A stretch of DNA of 64,000 nucleotides from Balanoglossus misakiensis (taxonomy: Eukaryota > Animalia > Hemichordata). Below are positions 39,445 through 52,238 of the stretch, one piece after another (within the stretch, counting starts at the first letter, position 1; each line of letters starts with the position of its first letter). Below the pieces are notes generated by a model that searched no databases, was not told where the DNA came from, and saw only the letters and a list, made by a program, of their open reading frames with translations. Made by a program: the position numbers and the translations under genes. The stretch spans positions 8,385,146-8,449,145 of the forward strand of contig CM082584.2 in the NCBI GenBank assembly GCA_040954595.2. Reading direction: 5' to 3'.

Positions 39445-40530
39445 GTAGGGGAACTTTAAATTGCTGTATCTCCAGCAAAACTAAAGCCAGAACAGTCATT
39501 TACCACTCAAATTGTGTGTTTTTTAGAACTCTACCAATATAATATATTTTGGTGGTAATTCGTTTTGAATTGAGGTCAATAGAGGTCAAAAGGTCATGAA
39601 ATTTGGGTCATTCTGAAAATTTGTAGTATGACTATTTCTTGAACGATTTTTTTTAACTTAAGTCTTCAAATGTCATTTACAAGATAAAATACTTTCCCAG
39701 AATCTATTTCAAACCAATAGAAAACCTTATTATTCATTTATGACCAGAAAAACACAAATAAAGAGAAACGACAGAAAGACATCCAATTTTCCACTCAGAT
39801 TTAAGGGTAGGGGAAACTTAAGTTCTTGTAACTCCGGCAAAAATAAACCCAGAACAGTCATCTACCACTCAAATTGTGTGTTTTTTAGAACTCTACCAAT
39901 ATAATATATTTTGGTGGTAATTCGTTTTGAATTGAGGTCAATAGAGGTCAAAAGGTCATGAAATTTGGGTCATTCTGAACATTTGTAGTATGACTATTTC
40001 TTAAACGATTTTTTTGAACTTATAAGTCTTTAAATGTCATTTAGAAGATAAAATACTCTCCCAGAATCTATTTCAAACCAATAAAAAACCCTATTATTCA
40101 ATTACGATCAGAAAAACACAAATACAGAGATACGGAAGAATGGCACAAGACTTCAGACCCTGATATTGGGGTAGGGGAAACTTAAGTAGTTGTAACTCCG
40201 GCAAAAATAAAGCCAGAAAAGTCATCTACCTCTCAAATTGTGTGTTTTTTAGCACTCTAGCGATTGTATATGTATTTGTTGCAATTTTGTTTTGAATTTA
40301 GGTCAAAGAGGTCAAAAGATCACAAGATTTGGGTAATTTCGAAAAATTATGGTACGAACATTTCCCGCATTAATTTTTTAAACCCAAGTCTTCAAATGTC
40401 ATTTATGAGATAAAATACTCTACACCATTTTTTTTCAGACCAATTGAAGACCTTATTATTCAATTACAATCAGAAAAAAAATTAGTAGAGAAACGGGATA
40501 ATAACAAACAATTTCCCACGGATTTTGGGG
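39445..40530 (+). repeat. Subterminal tandem array, three ~360-bp units (mirror copy ~42665-43750)
   Basis: Units start GGTAGGGGAA(A)CTT at ~39445, ~39806 and ~40170 and share CTCAAATTGTGTGTTTTT, AGGTCAA..GAGGTCAAAA and CAAATGTCATTTA blocks. Confidence 0.9.
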
Positions 40531-40852
40531 TAGGTTTGGCCATCTAACAGGTAAGTATACACCCAACTGATCATGCACATATGGTGTTTAGGAGAACGGA
40601 TGTGCAAATTTGTGGATCTTTGCATGCTGCTCATGTGCACTGTACTTGTATGACGATTCCTAACAATACTACGAGAAGGGGCCATTATAGCATTGTAGCT
40701 CTGATTGTGTATTATTGTTGGATACCATCCTACAGTGTACAGGCACAGCAGATGACAAGCCAAGCAAAGGTTCAAAAATCTGCTTATTTTTTTTCCTCAA
40801 CACAATATGAGCATGATCTATTTATATTCAGGTCCAGTATAATAAATAAAAA

Positions 40853-41750
40853 AATGGCCTCGTCACTCTACAAGATCACGCCTCCTGGATAACTTTGCTG
40901 AATACAGCTAACATACAAAAATACAAACCAATTCAGGACCTCGCCATTGGTTTGGGCGAAGGTGAAATTCCTCAGGTGCAGTACCATCGGAAATGCCGAA
41001 GTCTCTTTACGATGAAAAAGGCTCTTGAATCTATCCTTTCTAAAGAGCAGTCGTCATCAACTGAGGGAACCAATACACTGGAACGTAAAAAAGAGGTCGA
41101 GCATACAAGGGTCTCGGTGTGATCACATTTGCCTATTTTGCTCCACCACAAAGTACATGAAGGGAAGTAGGACAAGAGCTCCTTTAGTTCGTTGTCAGCA
41201 ATTGCGTACGGACAACACATTTAGGGAGGCAGCAACAAGAAAAATGACAGTAAAATTCGTGCACTTCTCAGTCGTGAGTTGGTTGCTGCTGAGGGTCACT
41301 ATCATAGAAAGTGTTATAGGGACTATACAAGGCCTGATATTCAAGCAGGTTCAAGTCATATGGAGGTTGATGAAAGTCAATATGATCAAGATACTAGTTA
41401 TGAGGATGTCCTGCAAATTGCTCAAGAAGAGTTATTTTCTTTTATCAGAAATGATTTGTTCACAAACCCTGAGGTAGTTCCCCTGACTGATCTATCAAAC
41501 AAGTTAGTTACCAAAATGCTCCAACTTGGTGTTAAACAGGTTAACAATTCCACCAAGAAAACTTGCAGCATACGCTAAATACGGAATTCAAAGGGACATT
41601 GATTTTTTTGGAATGATGTAAATGGTAGGGTGCTTGTATATCCGTCATCACTAGATATAGGTACTGTTGTCCTGAAGTACAATGCTGTAAGAAAAGAACT
41701 TCTTGCAGCAGAAAAACAATCACATGAAAGTATCATCACCACATCTGCTC
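40853..41750 (+). pseudogene. Frameshifted 5' portion of putative transposase (left arm plus spacer)
   Basis: Overlapping ORF pieces QYHRKCRSLFTMKK / CLFC..PLVRCQQLRTDNTFREAATRK / LVAAEGHYHRKCYRDYTR..ELFSFIRNDLF in different frames; no catalytic region is present. Confidence 0.72.
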
Positions 41751-41764
41751 TAATCCTGCTTACG

Positions 41765-42338
41765 CTGCTTGAATATCAGGCCTTGTATAGTCCCTATAAC
41801 ACTTTCTAAGATAGTGACCCTCAGCAGCAACCAACTCACGACTGAGAAGTGCACGAATTTTACTGTCATTTTTCTTGTTGCTGCCTCCCTAAATGTGTTG
41901 TCCGTACGCAATTGCTGACAACGAACTAAAGGAGCTCTTGTCCTACTTCCCTTCATGTACTTGGTGGTGGAGCAAAATAGGCAAATGTGATCACACCGAG
42001 ACCCTTGTATGCTCGACCTCTTTTTTACGTTCCAGTGTATTGGTTCCCTCGGTTGATGACGACTGCTCTTTAGAAAGGATAGATTCAAGAGCCTTTTTCA
42101 TCGTAAAGAGACTTCGGCATTTCCGATGGTACTGCACCTGAGGAATTTCACCTTCGCCCAAACCAATGGCGAGGTCCTGAATTGGTTTGTATTTTTGTAT
42201 GTTAGCTGTATTCAGCAAAGTTATCCAGGAGGCGTGATCTTGTAGAGTAACGAGGCTTGCTTTATGGTCGGATTCATGACAGTCGAGAAAACAATCCCGT
42301 CGAGCCCTCTTGTGTGGAATAGAAGATGGGCTTGCCAT
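41765..42338 (-). pseudogene. Inverted second copy of the transposase 5' portion (right arm)
   Basis: ORFs 41991-42338 and 41750-42088 are near-identical to the left-arm pieces, with the same frameshifts; this copy retains ~77 bp after the ATG that the left arm lacks. Confidence 0.75.
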
Positions 42339-44534
42339 TTTTTATTTATTATACTGGACCTGAATATAAATAAATCATGCTCATATTGTGTTGAGGAAAA
42401 AAAATAAGCAGATTTTTGAACCTTTGCTTGGCTTGTAATCTGCTGTGCCTGTACACTGTAGAATGGTATCCAACAATAATACACAATCAGAGCTACAATG
42501 CTATAATGGCGCCTTCTCGTAGTATTGTTAGGAATCATCATACAAGTACAGTGCACATGAGCAGCATGCAAAGGTTCACAAATCTGCACATCCGTTCTCC
42601 TAAACACCATATGTGCATGATCAGTTGGGTGTATACTTACCTGTTAGATGGCCAAACCTACCCCAAAATCCGTGGGAAATTGTTTGTTATTATCCCGTTT
42701 CTCTACTAATTTTTTTTCTGATTGTAATTGAATAATAAGGTCTTCAATTGGTTCGGGAAAAAAATGGTGTAGAGTATTTTATCTCATAAATGACATTTGA
42801 AGACTTGGGTTTAAAAAATTAATGCGGGAAATGTTCGTACCATAATTTTTCGAAATTACCCAAATCTTGTGATCTTTTGACCTCTTTGACCTAAATTCAG
42901 AACAAAATTGCAACAAATACATATACAATCGCTAGAGTGCTAAAAAAACACACAATTTGAGAGGTAGATGACTGTTCTGGCTTTATTTTTGCCGGAGTTA
43001 CAACTACTTAAGTTTCCCCTACCCCAATATCAGGGTCTGAAGTCTTGTGCCATTCTTCCGTATCTCTGTATTTGTGTTTTTCTGATCGTAATTGAATAAT
43101 AGGGTTTTTTATTGGTTTGAAATAGATTCTGGGAGAGTATTTTATCTTCTAAATGACATTTAAAGACTTATAAGTTCAAAAAAATCGTTCAAGAAATAGT
43201 CATACTACAAATGTTCAGAATGACCCAAATTTCATGACCTTTTGACCTCTATTGACCTCAATTCAAAACGAATTACCACCAAAATATATTATATTGGTAG
43301 AGTTCTAAAAAACACACAATTTGAGTGGTAGATGACTGTTCTGGGTTTATTTTTGCCGGAGTTACAAGAACTTAAGTTTCCCCTACCCTTAAATCTGAGT
43401 GGAAAATTGGATGTCTTTCTGTCGTTTCTCCTTATTTGTGTTTTTCTGGTCATAAATGAATAATAAGATTTTTTATTGGTTTGAAATACATTCTGGGAGA
43501 GTATTTTATCTTCTGAATGACATTTAAAGACTTAAGTTCAAAACTATCGTTCAAGAAATAGTCATACTACAAATTTTCAGAATGACCCAAATTTCATGAC
43601 CTTTTGACCTCTATTGACCTCAATTCAAAACGAATTACCACCAAAATATATTATATTGGTAGAGTTCTAAAAAACACACAATTTGAGTGGTAAATGACTG
43701 TTCTGGCTTTAGTTTTGCTGGAGATACAGCAATTTAAAGTTCCCCTACCCCCAAAATTTGGGTCGGGAATTTTTAGGTTCTTACATTAGTTTTTGAGGGA
43801 AAAAATGCAGAAAGCTACTCGATAGGCAGGGCTATCACCCCAATTTATAATCTAGAGATATAGGCCTTTCCAAAAAACCACATGAGGCTTTGTCCATCTT
43901 TCTGATACCAATTCATGAAAAATCGGGTCCTGGCCCATGGACTATATCACTTATCTGAAAAATGCCTCCCCCCCCCCCCCCCGACGCTTACTTCCTCAAC
44001 AACACAGAAACCTCGTTTTTCAAACACTGCAGGTCATAGCAGAATAATAATATGTATTCTTTTAATCTTGATTATTTAATTGAGACCTCTGACTGAAATT
44101 GTTTACGTTCAGTACAGTAACTCTTCTAAAAATTGATAGGCGAGACCATTTTCTAAAAGACATGTAGCCAAACATATATTCACTTTAAGAATCGTATTTT
44201 TTGTTCATAATTGAATGAGTGAATTATGAAAAGCAAAATTGAAGTAAACCAATATGGCGCTATAATTATAACGCACAAAAATGCCACTGCTTTAAGATAT
44301 TCAATTTTACACCATTGTGTCTGCAAAAATGGGGCGTGACGTGTAAATAAGACTTTCGTAATATGCAAAGTGGTCGGACACCATGAAAGTATCTTTCAAA
44401 AGTCTGACGACCGTATTTCCAAAAATATAAGCACTACGTGGCATATATAGCGAGAACTTTACTGCTAATTTCGTCCAGGACAGTCAGTTGCAGACCCGAG
44501 TATACCGACCATCAGAAGTTTGTAAAGTAAGTTA

Positions 44535-44626
44535 ATGAGCAATATAATTAGTACCCACCAATTATTTTATTGAAAGGGTTTGCTGCAAATAACCAATAAT
44601 TGGTGGATACCAATTATATTGCTCAT
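44535..44626. repeat. Short imperfect inverted repeat (MITE-like hairpin)
   Basis: ATGAGCAATATAATTAGTACCCACCAATTATT...AATAATTGGTGGATACCAATTATATTGCTCAT, arms of ~32 bp. Confidence 0.75.
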
Positions 44627-45301
44627 ATATGGCCGGATGGCCGACTGGCTACATACAAAGGTAGGGCGAAGTGATTAGGCCGGGTGTGGGCTGGCACCCG
44701 CACAACTCTTTGTAACTGGTTATATTTGCACAATAGAAAAATTGAAGACGGACAAAAGTTGACTGACAAATTGGTTGCCCGATTGTTGTCATTTGGGACC
44801 ATAATGAGGGTTGATCAATACGCCTATTGTGGTGTACATGGACGATTCTTTAAAGAATGGATTGGAAATGTAACAATCAAGCGGGGTGGGGGGGGGGGTT
44901 AGCCGCTTTAACTTTCACATATAACACAGGTGTCTCTTGCGTGTTTATCGACATTTATACAAGCGATTCTTCGGTTCTAGGATACGTGTAAGTGCCCTCC
45001 AGGTCCCGGACTTTATCCTAAATCTAACCATAACCGTGGTCGTCATTGACGAGCGAGAACAGTCCAGGGGTTATTCGTCCTAATATACGAAATCAGCCGT
45101 GTACGTACATGATGCAGTATACAGCCATGTCCTCGCAGCTTTGGATATAAACCTACCATAACAGTCACATCTCCTAAAGCAACCCACAACAGACCTGTAC
45201 AGTAAGGTTGTGTTTTTATAGAGCCTGCATGTGTACGTAGAGAGTCATTCACTGGGGGGTTACGATAAACATGTATCCGTCCTATATTTTCAGAGTAAAC
45301 C

Positions 45302-46082
45302 ATGAAGATTTTGTTGTTGGTGTTAGTGGGCGTCCTTTCTATTGCGACTATCAGCGCTCGAGAGGATGTGAGTATTTTGTGTTTTCCGCAGCACCCCTAA
45401 TGCATGCTTTTCCGGAGGCTGGCTCAGGCATTGCCGTTGGATTGCTTATTAAACATTTTCAAAATTTAAAATTAACCACTTCAATCAAGATGCATGGTCG
45501 GCCTTTTAGTGAATATCCATCAAATGTCTACAACGCAAAAGAGCAAGGATGCAAAAGGCTAGTATTTATACCAGAATTACATCTCGTCAAATTTCAACAA
45601 ATATTCGTAGACAAACTTCACGTATATGTTTCTTAATGCAGTGCGACAAGAACGAAAGTTCCCAATTACTGATGGACTGTGACTATACATCTGAGGACTC
45701 TGATAATTATGAAGCTACCAAATCGTGCGAGTTTTATCAGGTTCGTGATGAATTCTTTTATCAGCAACGATTACAATCTTTCGCGTGACACTATAGGCCG
45801 CGGGATGAACTGCCATATGTCAGACCGATGTGCTCAAAACATGCAGCGTCGTTTTCATGACATATATAAGTTAACATTTCTTGATTTCCAAAATGCCTGT
45901 GGTGTCAGTGATAATAATAAGGTGATTTACTGAATGGAACATTCATTCCCGTTTAATTAATTAATTTACTTTCGTTTCCTTTATAGAATGCGATCACTTG
46001 TGTCACAGCCGAAGACAAGCACTGCTCAATTCAACCAGCCGTGTTGGTAGACTTGCAGAGAAAGGCCAATGAAAAATGTTGA
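45302..46082 (+). CDS. Small secreted six-cysteine protein, 86 aa, exons 45302-45367, 45642-45740, 45987-46082
   Basis: MKILLLVLVGVLSIATISARED|CDKNESSQLLMDCDYTSEDSDNYEATKSCEFYQ|NAITCVTAEDKHCSIQPAVLVDLQRKANEKC*. Both introns are GT-AG phase 0; ACCATG start context; acceptor TTTTCAG ~45293; candidate upstream non-coding exon (TATATA ~44444, donor GTAAGT ~44526). Confidence 0.8.
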
Positions 46083-47083
46083 TTCGGTGAGAAATGGGCC
46101 AGCAGTATCGAACTGACGTTGCGTTTGGTTCTTAAATGGACAGTAGCGGTAACTTTTGATGATTGTTTCAGGTTCACAGTCTTGGGTATTTCGTTAACAA
46201 TCATTCAAAATCTACATGTCCGTATTCGTGTTTGGTTATCTTTTTCTTACATTTTTTACTATTCTTTCTTTTGCAGAGAAATCGGCGATGTGAAAGGTCG
46301 ACGGGCCTTCGTAACTTGAAACCAACGAGATTTAAAGCACTATACTTAGAATAGGCCCACAAGTTAATGAAATAGTTTTACTCGCCTGTGGATGTAGTCC
46401 CTAACTTCTTGTGATATTAACTGCTATGTATTAACAAAGCTGACTTTATAGTAAATAAATAAATACAAGGATATGGGCTAGCATTCATTGTGTGTCTTTC
46501 CTGTTTTTTTTCCCAGCGACTTTTGTGCACCGCGCGTTGGTGGTATTTGGTGAAAGCAGCCATCTATGGACCATCGTCCCCCTCCCCCCCCCCCCCCCCC
46601 CCATGCTCTTGCAAAGTACGCCTGCGCGGTTGGACGGACTATTGTAGGTATATTCGTCTCAGGTAGCGACATGCGAGAGCGGCAATCGTACGCGCACGCG
46701 TCGTCGTGATGACGTTTCGCGAACACTCGGAATAATCGAATTAAACCCAAATAAAGCACTTTGTTTATGCATGTTATGTCCTTTAAAATACGACATAGAT
46801 TTGAATTACTTGACAGTAGAACTTTGACATTCAGGCCTGGCTTGTTAACGTGATTTGGGTAACAAAATGAATGTTGGTATCCGGGCCTATATGATTTTGT
46901 TTCTTTAAATTTTTAGTGGAAATCGTACAGAGAAATACCCAGGATGCTGATTCTTTCATGACGCCGTCGCGTTCGAAAGTTTCGAATTTCAATTGTTTAT
47001 TGTTGTCGTGTAGGCTACAATACACCACCCAATGTTTCTCATCCGAAAGACAAAACTTCGCCTCGTCTGTATATGGGAGTGCA

Positions 47084-48390
47084 ATGGTTTTCAGACGCTC
47101 TGTAGGTGAGGACGACAACGATATCGAGATTATCGAGTTCGAGTCGATCAGCGCCCTCTGTAGTGGTCAGAATGTAAGGAGGATCACGGTGAAACCGGCC
47201 AGGGACGCTGACGACGATCTCTCTGACGATGGCGGCGATGCCTGCAATGAGGATTCGGGTTTGTCTTTGGTCGATGCGGCGCCCAGTGAGTCGACACTAC
47301 TGACAAGTGACCATGGTGGAAGGGTGCCTGTCACTACACACATAAATGAGCAACAGAACAAAACAAAGGGAAAAGAATCACCTCAACTGGGACGCAGCCA
47401 TGACGACCCCGATGAAAGTCAGAAACCCAGACTGCTTTGGACGAGGAGAAGCGCGAAGGACGCCGCCAGACAGAAGAAATACGCGGAGTTCTCCGAGAGC
47501 GATCCCAACACTTCGTGCTTTGCGGCACTGCACCGGAGATTGGCCGGAATCAGGCGATGGATTCTGCTGAAACTTGACGGCGATGTCTCCATTGGTAAAT
47601 GCGCCTCCACGACATCCATGACGCCACAGATTGGCTCAAGGCTCCTATCTGCTTCCATCGATTGGGGCGTTGCCAATGGCGACGACAAATGGCTACTTGG
47701 TGAGTGTTAAACAACATTTACGCAAGATTCCCAGATCAGCATTTGAAGAATAGTCAACACATAGCATTCACATAGCTGTAACTGTGCAACTGCGTTGTAA
47801 TTATTATTATGAGACTTAAATGTGATATTGCAAAAGAATTGTGCGATTTTCTCAATTCAGGCTTTCAGACCTCTTGTACATGTGTGATCCTACCACGCGC
47901 TCTTGATAAATCATCATTGAAATTTACAGAGAACTCGCCTTCCAGTGGCGACAAAGGTGCCCGTGGCCCTGGCGTCGCCTCCGGGCCCCCGATTCCAGAC
48001 AGCCGGAAAAAAAGCATCACGTACAAGCTGGAGTTCGACATCCTCAAGCCAATCAAAGCCCCGCCCAGCTACCTGAGCCTGCTGAGGGAGAGACCCACCA
48101 CGCCCCTCACCGCGTACGCCCTCAACGACAGGATCAAGAAAGCGGAGGAGCGACGCAGGCAGGCGGAGGAGGTGAAGAGGGCGAAAGCGGCGCTCATGAG
48201 CAAGGGCGTCAACGTGAGCACGCTGGAGCCGAAAGAGGAGTCGATGACGAAGCAGGAGGCGGCGGCGAAGGAGAAAGCGATGGCGGCGATGAGGCGATAC
48301 TACTGCGAACAACTGCGACACAAGATCCAACAGAAGAAGCAACACCACCACCACATATTGGGAGAGAAGGAGTCTCCCGCAGTGCCGTAG
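47084..48390 (+). CDS. Stathmin-like domain protein (STMND1-like), exons 47084-47699 and 47930-48390
   Basis: Phase-1 GTGAGT..TTTACAG intron joins the two ORFs; SITYKLEFD..KAPPSYL..LTAYALNDRIKKAEERRRQAEE resembles the stathmin core (xFELI..PP..LEAAEERRK). Start codon uncertain. Confidence 0.62.
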
Positions 48391-51177
48391 CTGTGGGGAT
48401 AACTACGTTGATGCTCGTCTCTGTCCTTGTTTTTTTTCTGTTCTGTTTTGTTTTTGTTTATGCCTATAGCCTGTGATGATTTTTTTTCCAGAAGCGCCCT
48501 CACACAACGCATCTTTCATGAACAATTCCGCATCTCAGGTATTTCGAACTTTGGGGTGTGGAACGTTAACGAAAATTTATACCCAATAAATGTATTGACG
48601 GTTATACTGATATCTACCCAAAGACCCCCCGCCATGTATCAGATTAAATGAATACAATACCTCGAAACATGATTGGTCCAAAGGTTCTTAGACTTCTCAT
48701 AAAACTTTTTTCGCGACCACTTTTGTCCGCCAGACGTTCCTGGAGAACCAGTGGATGAACATTACACCAGACGGGTGTGGTCCTGGGTTACTCGCTCATT
48801 TCGCAGGTAGGTCGTACCCCAAAGTGAAAAACAAAACCCCAAAACGGTGAAATGCAGGCATAGCCATACTCATCTGGTCTGCCAACTTGTCCAGTCTAAT
48901 CTATCTTATCTGACCCGATCTGAACTCAAAAAATGTGGAATCAGCCTGTTCATAAAAAAATAATTCGGAAGGCTACACGAGACAGGCTACCTTTAAATCA
49001 AGTTCAACCGAGTTTTCAGAAGTTTCGTGCAAATGCCTATTTACTGTGTACAAGTTTAATACTGAACTCAGTTCTCGATTTTGCAACTCACGATCGACAA
49101 AAAGATAGTTTCATCGGACGGGGAGGGGGGTATGCCGGCGACATACCATGTCTTACGTGATGTGACGCGAAAGCAATAAAAAGGAATTATGACACAAGTT
49201 CCTCCTTTAAAATTCCTTGCTACCCTTTCTCCTAACCACGACTCGTCGTAATTGCGGTTGGGCAATATACCGAATATACCGTTGCTTACCTTTAACAAGC
49301 AATGACTTTTCCATGATGAACAGACATCTACCCGACCTAGAAAGAAAAAAAAGCAAAGTAATAAAATGATAGCGATCTTCAACTGATATGAGTTATCTCA
49401 AATATCGCATAACATGATAACGCGGTAACATAGGTGTAAATGGTTTAATACTTGAGAAATATATGGCGTAATATATCTTCGCCAGCCAATGGCCGAGACC
49501 CTCTCGAAATAGAGTTTGCTTATAATAGGGAGTCTGTAACAGCCCGACCTATAGCCATAGCCATGTCGAACGGATCGGACGATGCCTGTATCCATGGCTA
49601 CGTCCTGAATGATCAACAATGTTACGAACCAAAATCTCGCAACACAAACACCCAGACAGCAACAACAATGATACACAGTACACCCAAAGTTATACGTTTC
49701 ACTGCGAATCTATTTGTCACAGGAAGATAAAAATAATATCATAGTACAAGCACTGAAACTTAAAAGTCACTAGGGTTCTTACTCAAATATTGTAATGTCC
49801 TCAAGAACCTTGTATCAGTTCCGCGGTAATATTACACACGTGGTGAGCGGACGCGATAAATTCAGTGTTCCGTGAGTTCTCTGCACTGACCCGACGATGG
49901 TTCACGCTGGCGTGCTGCTTTCTCTCAAAGTTCTTTCCTGAAGTACTCTCAGAACGGGTTCACTTCACTTACAGTTGCTGGCGTAGACATGCATTTTAAG
50001 TCCGAGAGCAACACTGAATTCAAACCAACAGGACATACCCGACGTGCTGAACTTCAGCACCGAGCTCACACGTGGATTACAGGATACCAGTTCCCGTCGC
50101 TCATGGCCGAGTGCAACTTTTGTGTTTTCTGTTCGGCTCACGCCACTTGACTGCCGTTGCCGAGAATCCAAAATCAAAACCCTTGCGTAATATTCAAAAT
50201 ACCCAGGTGTACCTCTACGGCTAACGCTATGTTAATGACGTACACCCTTATTGTTCACCCACCACTGATATTTAAATTCTGTGCATTCGTAGTACAATCG
50301 TAACACTGATCACAGCAAATGTACGCCACGGCGCTCCATGCATTGAGTGAGGCTGTATTCAAATAAAATAATAAAAGACGCCTGTTAAGATCACTGTACA
50401 TATCTTTTCACGGACAGTTACTAGTATGCTGGAATCGATGTCACAAACTTTTGAACAATTTTCTGTTAGTTGCAGAATGATCACCATAGGTAATAAAGCC
50501 ACTGGCACATTTGACGCTTCGTTTGCGCCATCGTAATGCACATGCGTGAATTTACATTGGCTTCGAGGTCCTCCACCATTTCTTATTGGATTTGCACGAC
50601 AGTATAGTTGTCTGCCAGCCTGTAAACGCGTGTTAATACACCCACATACATGTACATACATGTATACCCCCTATTGACAATGGTGACATAAGTATTTTGA
50701 CGTATAGGTTAGATCAAAACAAGTAAACATTTGAGTTTTAAAGAGTTTTTCCTCTTATGGGTTGTTACGATGTGTGTCTCAAGAACTACGCTTTCTTCAA
50801 AGTTGACCCCTTGGAACGAGAATATAACTCCAGAACAATGTGACATGACGCAAGCGATGCATAAATAAGACTTATTGCGATTTTGGGATATCTTAGAGCT
50901 GCGTTGAGGATTAGTTGTAAGTGGAAATTCCTCGTTGTTTACAGGATGAGGGGTGAATTATTGCCACTTGTCGGAGCAGCAAGAGCGGGCAGCCTGACAA
51001 CCAGGTGTTTCCATAAAACTGCACGCCGACCTTAATATGACACAGTACACAACCAGAACAAACACCGAAGTCCCTGGTAAAGAAAGAAATTCAAAGTTTG
51101 GAGTATAGGCGACTCACGTGCGTTGGCCATTCTGGGGGGTAGAAAGGAACACATGCCCAAGTTTTGTTGCAATGCGT

Positions 51178-51233
51178 GTAATCGTGACTACACCTTGTGT
51201 AATCGTCACCACATCTTGTGTAATCGTCACCAC
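51178..51233. repeat. 21-bp minisatellite, ~2.7 copies
   Basis: GTAATCGT(G/C)AC(T/C)ACA(C/T)CTTGT repeated in tandem. Confidence 0.7.
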
Positions 51234-52238
51234 AGGGAGAACGAGTTCGAGAAACTCAACTGCAGAAATTCACTCCGTTTCTGGTTTCCGTCAAAACTGT
51301 TAACTGGATATTCAATGAAGTCACCGTTTTGTAGCCTTACCAAAGTTTAACATTGAAAATAGCTACCTGTGATTCTACCCATTCTTCGGCGAATGAAATG
51401 TTCGTTTTCTTGAAAAGCAGATGATAAAAGCTGTAATTTCCCTTATGGTTTCACAATTCTATCTCAAATAGCAGCAAGCGACTTCGATTTCTATGAAAGA
51501 AAAACTTTACCTGGTATATATTTAACCTTTTTAAATATTTCCCGCGGGGTTAAACATGGCCAATCGTTTTATCACCGGGCTGAATTCGTTATCTACTTGT
51601 GCAAACGGTTTTAGAGTGACCTCGAGTTTATTTCCTTCGTATATCGCTGTGCATCTGTTGACAAGTGTCCCAAGGTCACTCTAGTTGGCGGGGTGGACAT
51701 CCATTGGTCACAGTAAAGGACCTCGGATATTTTGGTGCGCGTTAACCTGTAAATGATTGACCATGTTCAGTCCTGTTTGGCATGTAAGTTAGAACACATA
51801 CGCGTTTCTTGCCAAGTTTGTCGAATTCTTCCACAAATCCGTCCGGACAACTACAATATTTGCCTTCTTGTGTACATGTTGGGGATCAAAAGCGGGATCG
51901 GTGTGCGGAAAGTTCGGCATAAACTGTTTTTGGAGTGACAGTTATTTAATTCTCGACCCCCTCTCTCTCTTTCTCTAGAGGTAAAGTATTCGATCCAATT
52001 GGGTTACGAATTCGCCGAGTCTTTGGCCTCATTCAACGTGTTTTTTTTATTGTATAACAATTTATTTGCCTTTCACAAAACGTATCTGAGCCACCTGTGT
52101 AGTATACATCAACACAAATATTCAAAACAGTTGCAAATTAAGTTTAGCATCAACTGTTCGTAACAGCACAATTCGTGGTTTATATTGCTTTCAGGCAAAA
52201 CTGAGTTTCAAATTTCACCGTTACTAGAAGTCACTGGT

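Larger units (their letters stand above)
39259..43944. mobile_element. Non-autonomous palindromic (foldback) DNA transposon, probably Academ-derived
   Basis: Termini TAGTCCATGGGCCAG...CTGGCCCATGGACTA with flanking 3-bp direct repeat TAT (39256-39258, 43945-43947). Inverted arms 39259-41348 and 41765-43944. Frameshifted protein fragments with YHRKC and LVAAEGHYHRKCYRDYT motifs that I recognise from Academ-type transposase N-termini. Superfamily call is by recognition only. Confidence 0.82.

Noticed and set aside
39445-40530. Regularly spaced repeats considered as a CRISPR-like array
   Set aside because: Whole ~360-bp units are homologous with no unique spacers; eukaryotic context, no cas genes; they are transposon subterminal repeats.
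39259-43944. Tc1/mariner reading of the element (TA target duplication, GTCC termini)
   Set aside because: Formally possible, but the protein fragments do not resemble Tc1/mariner transposase, and TAG..CTA termini with a TAT duplication fit Academ better.
46077-46090. TGT-TGA read as Cys-Sec (selenoprotein)
   Set aside because: No convincing SECIS element seen downstream, and six cysteines already pair fully; treated as a normal stop.
48400-52180. Assorted 60-105 aa ORFs upstream of the K2P gene
   Set aside because: No recognisable domains or consistent exon chain; probably regulatory sequence or 5' UTR introns.
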